A DNA stretch of 64,000 nucleotides from a virus: positions 4,724-68,723 of the IMG/VR virus record IMGVR_UViG_3300012206_000007; one strand, 5' to 3'. Under the pieces are notes generated by a model that worked only from the letters and a program-made list of their open reading frames with translations, ran no database searches and had not been told where the DNA came from. Positions 56,413 through 64,000 of this stretch are shown in pieces. Position 1 is the stretch's first letter, and each line of letters starts with the position of its first letter. A program made the position numbers and the translations under genes.

Positions 56413-57251
56413 CGCCGACGTGGATCATCCTGCCGGTGATGACGGGGATGGAGATGACCCGCGCCGCCATCAGCGATGCCCTTGCGCAGTCGGTGCCGAC
56501 GCGCCTGCTGCTTGTGAACCAGGGCTGCCCCGATGACATGCGGGATGAGTTCGAGCGCCTCGCGGAGGAGCAGCCCGAGCGCGTGTTCGTCCTGCATCAC
56601 ATGCCGCCGTTGCCGAGCCTCTCGGCGACGTGGAACCGGTGTCTCGATCTGGCATGGGAAACGGGCGGTGAGGCGGCGCTGGTCGTGAATTTCGACGTGC
56701 GCCTTGCGCCTGACACGGTCGAAATGCTCGCCGCCGCCCGTCGCGCCTGTGATGCGCTGTTCGTCTCAGCCGTTGGCGTGACGGGAGCCGACTTCAGGCA
56801 GACGAGCTATGAGGAGCGTGAAGTTGGTGATGTCCTTGCGAACAAGGGTGGTCCCGACTTCTCCTGCTTTCTGATCAGTAAGGCGTGCCACGACCGCTTC
56901 CGCTTCGATGAAGGCTTCATCCCGGCGTTTGCCGAAGACCTCGATATGCACCGCCGCCTGATGCTCGCTGGCGAAGGCCAGCGTATCTTCAGCGTCAATC
57001 TGCCGTTCCTGCACCATGCCAGTCAGACGCTGAAACTCCTCCCGCCGAAGGAGGCTGACCGCATCCGGCGCGAGATTGACACCATCAGCCGCGCGCACTA
57101 CCGCGCCAAGTGGGGCGGCGACGTGAACGCCGAGACGTTCCTCGTGCCCTTTGGCCACGCGTCAGATTGTGTACGGACGGATGGCTCCGCGGCCACGCCC
57201 TACTTATTCGACCAGGAGCGCCAGCAATGGGCAAGCGCCTTGAGGACCTGA
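56409..57251 (+). CDS. Glycosyltransferase (GT2, GT-A)
   Basis: IILPV, VNQGC.D, SATWN, VNFD, FDEGF.PAFAEDLD, HHASQT. Confidence 0.85.
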   Translation: MTPTWIILPVMTGMEMTRAAISDALAQSVPTRLLLVNQGCPDDMRDEFERLAEEQPERVFVLHHMPPLPSLSATWNRCLDLAWETGGEAALVVNFDVRLAPDTVEMLAAARRACDALFVSAVGVTGADFRQTSYEEREVGDVLANKGGPDFSCFLISKACHDRFRFDEGFIPAFAEDLDMHRRLMLAGEGQRIFSVNLPFLHHASQTLKLLPPKEADRIRREIDTISRAHYRAKWGGDVNAETFLVPFGHASDCVRTDGSAATPYLFDQERQQWASALRT

Positions 57252-57717
57252 ACCTCCCTGACGAGCCGCTCCAGCCGACGCCTGCGCCGCGCGAGGCCGA
57301 GGACGTACGCGCCACCGAGTGGTACCGCTTCTGCCGAGAGATTGACGACATCATTGCTACGGGCAACTTCACATGGGCGGAAGACACCCTCAGTGACATA
57401 GCCGCGACGGTGGAGAAATACCAGCGCGTCACCGAGGGCCAGCGCAAGGCGGTCGCAAACATCGAGGCCGCTCGCGCCGGACGTGGCAGTCGGCGGCATG
57501 AAGGCTTCTATCGGCGGTGGCGATGAGTACACAGCCCTGTGGGTGTGACGAAGAGGTGGGCTGGATCTGCGCGTTTCATCAGATGCTCGCTGAAACGTGG
57601 AATACGTGCCCCGACTGCGGCGTCCGGTGGAAGGACCACGTCGCCACGCTTGGTGTGATTCATCGGACGCGACTCTGCCCTGCATGCAAAGCCGCGATAG
57701 ATGCCACAACTGAGTAA
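57227..57717 (+). CDS. Two small genes (57227-57526, 57523-57717)
   Basis: Coupled ORFs; the second is Cys-rich. Confidence 0.5.
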
Positions 57718-60700
57718 GCCTGCCGCGTGTGGAGGGTGCCCATTAGCAACACGCGGCACCGGCTATGTGCCCGGCGAAGGGCCAGCGGGCTCGCCTATCG
57801 CGTTCGTCGCGGAGTCGGCGGGTGCTGTCGAGGCTCTTACTGGTCGGCCGTTAGTCGGCGACGCTGGCGGCATGTTCAGCCGCACGTTAGGACTCCTCGG
57901 CTGGAATCGCGACGCCTTCCGCTTGGATAACTGCGTCCGTTGCGCGCCCCCCAAAGGCTGGTTCGACGAACGTGCTCCCTGGTACTACGGGGCACTGGCG
58001 CATTGCCAGTACGTCGAACGCGAAACGCTCGCGCAGGGCAGCAAAGTCGTCGTCGCACTCGGCGGCACGGCGCTCAAGCGCCTGATGCACCTGGAGCACC
58101 ACAAGGACAGCATCAAGATCGGCGACTGGCACGGCGCGATCCTGCGCGACCCCACCGACAGATATTTCGTCGTGCCAACCTACCACCCGAGCTTCCTGCA
58201 GCGCGGCGCCACCAACCTGATCGGCACCGTGCTGTGGGACCTCAAGCAGGCGGAGATTGCACGCGACACCGGCAAGCCTGCCGACGCCGGCTCACTCGTC
58301 ATCGACCCGCCGCTCGACTGGTTCCGCACGTGGGTCGACACTGTGGTGGCGGCCCGCCAGCAGGACTCCGCCGCCTACCCCATCTCCTCCGACGTCGAGA
58401 CGCCCGACAAAGCCGGTGGCAAGGATGAAGGTGAGATCACCGCCGAGCACAAGAGCTTCCAGATCCTACGGGTGAATGTCGCGTGCCACCCGGATGAAGG
58501 CGTCACAGTGCCGTTCGCGGAAGGCTACATCCAGGAGCTGGCGCGGCTGCACCAGTCGCCCGGCCAGATATTCGAGTTCAATCGGGAGTACGACTTCGTA
58601 CGGCAGGTCCACGCCGGGATGCTGTGCGAGGAGGACTCGGCGAAGGTCATCGACCTGATGTGGCTCTGGCATCTGCTCCAGAGCGACGTACCGCGTGGCC
58701 TCGGCTTCGTCGCACCGTTCTACTCGACCTCTGGGCCCTGGAAGCATCTCGCTCGCAGCGAGCCCGCGCGCTACGCCGCGATTGACGCCCTGCAAACGCA
58801 CCGCGTCGGCTTTGGCCTCCTCACAGACCTGCAGGCGACGGGGCAGCTCGCCATCGCGATGCGCCACACCCATCGCCTCCTCACCGAAGTCCTGCGGCCT
58901 GCGCAGCTCGTCGGCGTCAAAGTCGACCGCATCCGCCTCGACGTCTTCAAGCAGACGCTCACCGAGAAAGCCCGCGCCAGCCTGCAGGCCCTCCAGCTGT
59001 GTGTGCCCGAGAGTGTCTGCCCGCTGACGCCTAAAGAGGGGTTGGTGCACAAGCCGCTGGAAAACGTGCTGCATGTGAAGGCGACCGCCTTCACACGGAA
59101 GGGGACAGCGCGTGCAGGCCGCCAACCCGCCGAGATCAAACAGGAGCTCTATGCTACCGCGCGGCTCGTCGAGAAGCTCGTCCTCAAAGAGGTCTGGGTC
59201 TGCCACGCCTGTAGGGGAGTGGACGTATCGCGGCGGCACACTTGCCAGCCTCAGTTACCGGTTGGACTGGGTGGTCGCCTGGATTCACCGGTTCCAGCAG
59301 ACCTACCCTCCCAGACAGAGCGTCCAACCCTGTCGCTGGCGCCTGCGTCTGTCCCTCGCTGGTTCTGGCAAGAACCGTTCAATCCCGACTCGTGGCCGCA
59401 AGTCCTCGCCTACATCAAAGCCAAGAAGCACACGCCCGGCCGCGCCGAGAAAACGGGCAAAGACTCGACCAACCGCGACACCCTCATCCGGTTAGAGCGC
59501 ACGACGCACGACCCCTTCTACCGGCACCTGCTCGACTACCGCGCGGTCGGCAAGGTGAAGGGCACGTATGTCGAGGGCACCGAGCGACTGCTCGACACGG
59601 ACGACCGGTTGCACCCGACCTTCACCTTCAAGCCCTCGACCATGCGGTTGAGCGCAGCGGCACCGAATTTAACGAATGTGATCCAGGACCGGGAGGGACC
59701 GACGAGTCTCGCGGCTGGCTTCCGCAAGACGATTGTCGCTTCTCCCGGCTGCCGCCTTCTCGAATGTGACTTCAGTTCGATCGAGGCAACGGAGGTCGCG
59801 TGGTGCGTGCGCGACCCGACCCTGCTGCGCGTCGCGCGCCTCGGCATCCACGCCTACCTCGTCGCCCACCACTTGAACGATGCGCCCGACCTCTCGGCCG
59901 CCGATGCCGACATCGCCCGTCACCTCCAGCAGGTCAAGAAAGCGGCGGGTCCGCTCCTCTATGACCAGATGAAGCACACCGTCTACGGCGTCTTCTACGG
60001 CCAGACGCCCGCCGGGCTGCAATACACGTGGCCCGACCTCTACCCCACGCGCAAGGTCGCCGAGGCGATGGTCGACTTCCTCTTCGGCCACTTCCCGAGC
60101 GTGAAGACGTTTCAGCAGGTGGTGCTCGAGACGGCGGCACGGCAGCACTTTTTGGGGGGCAGCGGCGCCTATCAGTTCACGCCACCTGCGCCCGGCATCG
60201 CCGGCAGTGTCAGTGGCCACCCCTACGCGTATTGCCACTGGTTCTGGAGTCTGTTCAGCTACAAGCGGCTCACGCGGGCGGAGGAGTTGCGCGTGCTCGC
60301 GCGGGCGCAGCAGGCGGGGCAGGCCGCGCCGGTGACCTACATCGGTGGGCAAGCCTTCCGCCTGAGTCGAGGCGCGGATGCGAACCGAGCGATTGCCTAC
60401 TATCCACAGTCCATCGCGGCGGGCGTCTTGAAAGAAGTCGAGCTGCGCCTCTTCGGCGACCGAGAGAGCGCGAGCTACATTGGCGACGCCTATTTCGGGC
60501 GAACGCCGCTGCGGGCGCCGATTCACGACTCGCTGCTGCTGGACGTGCCGCACCGCGAGTGGGATCGTGTGGTGCAGGCGGTGCTTGTCGAGATGCAGTG
60601 CCCGATTGCCGCGCAGCCACTGCCCGAGGCGTGGGGCCTCGGCACCCACTTGACGATTGGCATCGTGGCGAAGGCGGGCAGTAACTGGGCTGAAATGACC

Positions 60701-60793
60701 GACATCACCGAGGCCGCACGCACTGAGACGACCGTGCGACCCATGGAAGCCGAGGACGAAGCCGAACTCGATGATCTCGGACGGGCGGTCTAG
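57701..60793 (+). CDS. Family A DNA polymerase with N-terminal family-4 uracil-DNA glycosylase-like domain
   Basis: UDG: CGGCPL, AESAG, GRPLVGDAG, NCVRC, TYHPSF. Exo: SDVET, FNREYD, YAAID. Pol: NLTNV, DFSSIE, KHTVYGVFYG, IHDSL. Confidence 0.9.
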   Translation: MPQLSKPAACGGCPLATRGTGYVPGEGPAGSPIAFVAESAGAVEALTGRPLVGDAGGMFSRTLGLLGWNRDAFRLDNCVRCAPPKGWFDERAPWYYGALAHCQYVERETLAQGSKVVVALGGTALKRLMHLEHHKDSIKIGDWHGAILRDPTDRYFVVPTYHPSFLQRGATNLIGTVLWDLKQAEIARDTGKPADAGSLVIDPPLDWFRTWVDTVVAARQQDSAAYPISSDVETPDKAGGKDEGEITAEHKSFQILRVNVACHPDEGVTVPFAEGYIQELARLHQSPGQIFEFNREYDFVRQVHAGMLCEEDSAKVIDLMWLWHLLQSDVPRGLGFVAPFYSTSGPWKHLARSEPARYAAIDALQTHRVGFGLLTDLQATGQLAIAMRHTHRLLTEVLRPAQLVGVKVDRIRLDVFKQTLTEKARASLQALQLCVPESVCPLTPKEGLVHKPLENVLHVKATAFTRKGTARAGRQPAEIKQELYATARLVEKLVLKEVWVCHACRGVDVSRRHTCQPQLPVGLGGRLDSPVPADLPSQTERPTLSLAPASVPRWFWQEPFNPDSWPQVLAYIKAKKHTPGRAEKTGKDSTNRDTLIRLERTTHDPFYRHLLDYRAVGKVKGTYVEGTERLLDTDDRLHPTFTFKPSTMRLSAAAPNLTNVIQDREGPTSLAAGFRKTIVASPGCRLLECDFSSIEATEVAWCVRDPTLLRVARLGIHAYLVAHHLNDAPDLSAADADIARHLQQVKKAAGPLLYDQMKHTVYGVFYGQTPAGLQYTWPDLYPTRKVAEAMVDFLFGHFPSVKTFQQVVLETAARQHFLGGSGAYQFTPPAPGIAGSVSGHPYAYCHWFWSLFSYKRLTRAEELRVLARAQQAGQAAPVTYIGGQAFRLSRGADANRAIAYYPQSIAAGVLKEVELRLFGDRESASYIGDAYFGRTPLRAPIHDSLLLDVPHREWDRVVQAVLVEMQCPIAAQPLPEAWGLGTHLTIGIVAKAGSNWAEMTDITEAARTETTVRPMEAEDEAELDDLGRAV

Positions 60794-61797
60794 TGGCACT
60801 GATCCAAGCCGACGCACGACATCTGCCACTGCCGAGCGGGTACGTGCAGATGGTGATTACGTCGCCGCCGTACTGGGGGCTGAGGGATTACGGACTTGGC
60901 GCGCGGGGGATTGGATTGGAGCCAACTCCCGAGGCGTATGTCGCGACGCTGGCCGAGGTCTTTCGTGAAGTGCAGCGGGTGCTTCGCGACGATGGCACCT
61001 GCTGGCTGAATTGCGGGGACTGCTACCAATCGGGATCGCGTGGCGGCTACAACCGCGAACGCGCAGGCGTCAGTAAGAACATCGGTGCGACAGCGTCCGA
61101 CTTCAGCAACGCGCCGAATCGACTTCCCCAAGAAGGACTGAAGGATAAGGATCTGGTCGGTATGCCCTGGCGTGTCGCCTTCGCGCTCCAGGCCGATGGC
61201 TGGTATCTCCGAAGTGACATCATCTGGGCGAAGCCAAACCCGATGCCCGAGTCGGTGACTGACCGCCCGACCACCGCGCATGAGCACGTCTTCCTGTTAG
61301 CCAAGCGCGCGAGTTACTACTACGACGCGGAGGCGATCAAGGAGCGTGTAACGGGCGGCTCACATCCGCGCGGTGGAGGTGTCCACCCGAAGTCTGGGAA
61401 GAATGAGCTGCACATCGACCGACGCAAGCGTGGATTCAATGCGCGGTGGCGCGTGAAGCAGAATGCGAGCTTCTCGGCGGCAGTGAAAAACCTCGTACCC
61501 TTGCGGAATGCACGGACGGTCTGGACGATTGGCTCGCAGCCCTACCCCGGTGCTCACTTCGCCGTCTTCCCCGAGGCCCTCGTCACGCCCTGCGTCCTCG
61601 CGGGCAGCGCCCACTGGCAGGCCGACCCCCGCCGCTGCGTCGTGCTTGACCCTTTCTGCGGCTCGGGTACGGTCGGCGTGGTCGCCCGCCGCCACGGCCG
61701 CGCCTTCCTCGGCTGCGATCTGAAGTGGGACTATCTCCTCCAAGTGCGGGCGCGGCTGCGGGGCGTCCAACAGCGCCTCCACTTCGGCGCCGTCTAG
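60793..61797 (+). CDS. N4-cytosine/N6-adenine DNA methyltransferase (beta class)
   Basis: TSPPYW, IIWAKPNPMPESVTDR, HFAVFP, VLDPFCGSGT. Confidence 0.9.
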   Translation: MALIQADARHLPLPSGYVQMVITSPPYWGLRDYGLGARGIGLEPTPEAYVATLAEVFREVQRVLRDDGTCWLNCGDCYQSGSRGGYNRERAGVSKNIGATASDFSNAPNRLPQEGLKDKDLVGMPWRVAFALQADGWYLRSDIIWAKPNPMPESVTDRPTTAHEHVFLLAKRASYYYDAEAIKERVTGGSHPRGGGVHPKSGKNELHIDRRKRGFNARWRVKQNASFSAAVKNLVPLRNARTVWTIGSQPYPGAHFAVFPEALVTPCVLAGSAHWQADPRRCVVLDPFCGSGTVGVVARRHGRAFLGCDLKWDYLLQVRARLRGVQQRLHFGAV

Positions 61798-61813
61798 GCT
61801 AGACTTACCCTGC

Positions 61814-62089
61814 ATGGACACGCCCTCCTCGCTCACCGACCTCCTTGCGGCCCTCGACCACGATGCGGGCACCGTCGCCGCCAAACTGGAAGACCTCCGA
61901 CAGCGCCTCAGCGTCTCCGAGCAGGTGCGCGCAGATCTCACGGAGGAACGGGATGCCCTCCTTGAGGTGCGCGATCGGCAGGCCACCACGATCACCCAGT
62001 ACCAGCAGCAGCTCGCCGAGACTGAAGCCATCGCCGCGCGGCTGCTCGGGATTCAGGCGAAGTTGCGGGCGCTCGGGGGGGCGGACTAG
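61814..62089 (+). CDS. Small coiled-coil protein
   Basis: 91 aa with heptads; TAGACT upstream. Confidence 0.55.
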   Translation: MDTPSSLTDLLAALDHDAGTVAAKLEDLRQRLSVSEQVRADLTEERDALLEVRDRQATTITQYQQQLAETEAIAARLLGIQAKLRALGGAD

Positions 62090-64000
62090 CGAGTAGCTGG
62101 TGTGGCGGCTGGCGGAGGCTGACCGACCGCGTGCGAGACCGCCATCGGCGGCTCGGCGCCACCGTAGCGGGTGCGCACCAGATTCGCCAGCGCCTCAGCG
62201 GGCACTGGCGAGGTCAACGCCCCGACAAGCAGCTGCGTCCCCTGCGGCGAGAGTGCCGCCCAGTGCACGAGGTCATCGGCCGTCGGACCCACCAGCAACC
62301 GGCTGAGGGCGACGGCTCCATAGACACGGTGTGGGCCGTAGGCGAGCACACGCAGGGCGTCGCCTCCGGCTTGGCGGAGCGCTCCCTTGCCCGTGTAGGG
62401 ACCGAGGGTGCTCTCCTTCAGCTCCTGTCGTGCGGTGGTCGCCGCTTCCCGCCCGACGCGGAGGGCTTCCTGTGCCGGGTCGACCGCTTGAGCGGCAGAC
62501 TCGACCCACCGTGCGCCTTCTTGGCGGCGGTGCGCGACGAGCGACGCACCCGCCGTGCGTGCCGTCGCCATAGCCTGCCGCCCCTCGCGCTGCGCCGTCT
62601 CGGTGCCGAGCGTCGCCGCTTCACTGGCGACATCGGTGGCGGCACGGCCCGCCTCCTTGACAGCACCCGTGCGCTGGGCGGCGAGCGATGTCGCCGCCTC
62701 GACGCCCCCTTTGCCGGCTGTCGTCGCGGCTTCAACGCCCTGCTCGCCCGTCAGCACCGCCGTCTTGTAGGCGGTCGAGATCAGCTTCAGGTGGTCGAGC
62801 ACCGCCTGCGATTGCGCATCGCCGAGGAAGGCATCGCGAAATGCGGGTGGGATGGCGTCGAGCCGGTCGCCCAGTTTCTCGAGGCCGCCGTTGATGAGGC
62901 GCTCGCGGACCCACGAGGATTGCACGGCTTCGAGCGCGGCGCGGCCTTCGGCGCCCCCACCGCCTGCCTCCGCGCGCGTCGTCAGGAGCTCCGTCAACAT
63001 CCGGGCAGCAGTGGATTTGTCGTTGCCCTTGGTCGGGGTGAGGAGGCCCACGATGGCTTCAGGGTTGCCCTCCGCCAACTTGCGCAGCTTCGGCGCATGG
63101 CCTTCCTCGTAGAGCGTGGCGATCTTCCCGTAGTCGGCCGTCGCTTGGTCATAGGGGGCGTGGCCGCGCATGAGGCCCCGGATTTTCTGCCGGAAGCCCT
63201 TGCTGACCTGCTCGGCTTGCGTCCGCGCAGGCGAGTCCCACGACACGGCGTCATCGACGAGTCGCTTGATCTTATGCGCGTCGGCGAAGGCGATCGTGTC
63301 GGAGGGCTCGTTGGCGAGCGCCGCACGGACGCGTGACAGCGCCGCCGGCAGTGGGTGGTCAGGCGGGATGAGGAACCCGCTTAAGTCTTCGCCCGGCAGC
63401 ATCTGCGCAGCCTGTTCGGCGGTGAAGGACTTCCCACCAATCGTCACCGTGGTCGGCTCGTGCGACGCCATCGGCGTGATCTGCTGGGAGAGGCGGTCGA
63501 GTTCGGCTTCCAGCGGCGCCTTGGGAATGCGTGGCCCTTTCTGCGCGGCGGCGCCCACGGCTTCCCCGAGCCGATCTTTCTCTAGTTTGGCGCCGCCTTC
63601 CTGAATCACCGCATTGGCGGCACGACCTGCTGCGGCGGCATCAGGCGGTGGCGCCCCCACCAGCTGCTCGTAGGGGGCACGCGTAGCCGCTTCGCCTGCG
63701 GCGGCCTGCCCCTGCGCCGTGGTGAGGTCCTGCGCGGCGCGTGCCTGGGCGTGCGACACGTGCTCGCCGCCGAGGCGTGTCGCGTTCGCGAGGTCCTCGG
63801 CTGCGAAGGTTTTGGTGCCCTCCACCTGCTGCGCCCCAGCGGTGCGGGCGCCTTCGACCGTCGCGTGCACGCCGGCCGCCGTACGGGAGAGCGCCGCGCG
63901 TGTTGACGCCGCAGTGAGCCGCGTACCCTCGGTCGCCGTGGTACGGGTCGTGCGCAGCAGCGATTGCGCCGCATCCAGCGCCGACGAGAGGCGGGTGAGC
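62086..64000 (-). CDS. Large Ala-rich helical protein, probable internal virion/ejection protein (partial, starts beyond right edge)
   Basis: The frame appears open to the window end; helical, Ala-rich; converges with the replication arm. Confidence 0.55.
   Translation of the reverse strand, partial: LTRLSSALDAAQSLLRTTRTTATEGTRLTAASTRAALSRTAAGVHATVEGARTAGAQQVEGTKTFAAEDLANATRLGGEHVSHAQARAAQDLTTAQGQAAAGEAATRAPYEQLVGAPPPDAAAAGRAANAVIQEGGAKLEKDRLGEAVGAAAQKGPRIPKAPLEAELDRLSQQITPMASHEPTTVTIGGKSFTAEQAAQMLPGEDLSGFLIPPDHPLPAALSRVRAALANEPSDTIAFADAHKIKRLVDDAVSWDSPARTQAEQVSKGFRQKIRGLMRGHAPYDQATADYGKIATLYEEGHAPKLRKLAEGNPEAIVGLLTPTKGNDKSTAARMLTELLTTRAEAGGGGAEGRAALEAVQSSWVRERLINGGLEKLGDRLDAIPPAFRDAFLGDAQSQAVLDHLKLISTAYKTAVLTGEQGVEAATTAGKGGVEAATSLAAQRTGAVKEAGRAATDVASEAATLGTETAQREGRQAMATARTAGASLVAHRRQEGARWVESAAQAVDPAQEALRVGREAATTARQELKESTLGPYTGKGALRQAGGDALRVLAYGPHRVYGAVALSRLLVGPTADDLVHWAALSPQGTQLLVGALTSPVPAEALANLVRTRYGGAEPPMAVSHAVGQPPPAATPATR

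Noticed and set aside
1-64000. Prophage boundaries, integrase, tRNAs, alternative genetic code
   Set aside because: No host genes, att/integrase or tRNA folds were recognised, and genes read intact in code 11 with TAG, TGA and TAA all used as stops.

Overview
The window is most of the genome of a GC-rich tailed dsDNA phage (Caudoviricetes), probably short-tailed. No integrase, tRNA, rRNA or CRISPR array is visible. It has two divergent arms. The minus-strand virion/packaging arm (~29.6 kb back to base 1) carries a candidate TerS, holin-like genes, TerL, portal, scaffold, major capsid, two decoration proteins, three adaptor/ring paralogues, fibre/spike proteins and a large nozzle-like protein running off the left edge. 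Three antisense HNH genes interrupt this arm. A repeat-rich control region sits at ~29.3-29.8 kb. The plus-strand arm has small early genes, then a minus-strand RepA/AAA_25 helicase beside a likely origin. After that come a PD-(D/E)XK nuclease, AAA_24 ATPase and SSB, a dual-frame C5 methyltransferase, and a Pif1/RecD helicase. A large dispersed set of five glycosyltransferases and three small-molecule/sugar methyltransferases follows, with a Mom-like protein, a UDG-PolA fusion polymerase and an N4/N6 methyltransferase. A minus-strand Ala-rich virion-like gene closes the window. The most unusual signals are the glycan-building gene set, a hydrophobic signal-like leader on the major capsid protein, GTAC-dense intergenic islands, and pervasive leaderless promoters. 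Also notable are an ATC start codon for the portal, a duplicated portal 3' end around tandem HNH genes, and an MTase-beta/EndoVII in-frame fusion. All product calls come from recognising motifs by eye; no database search was run.
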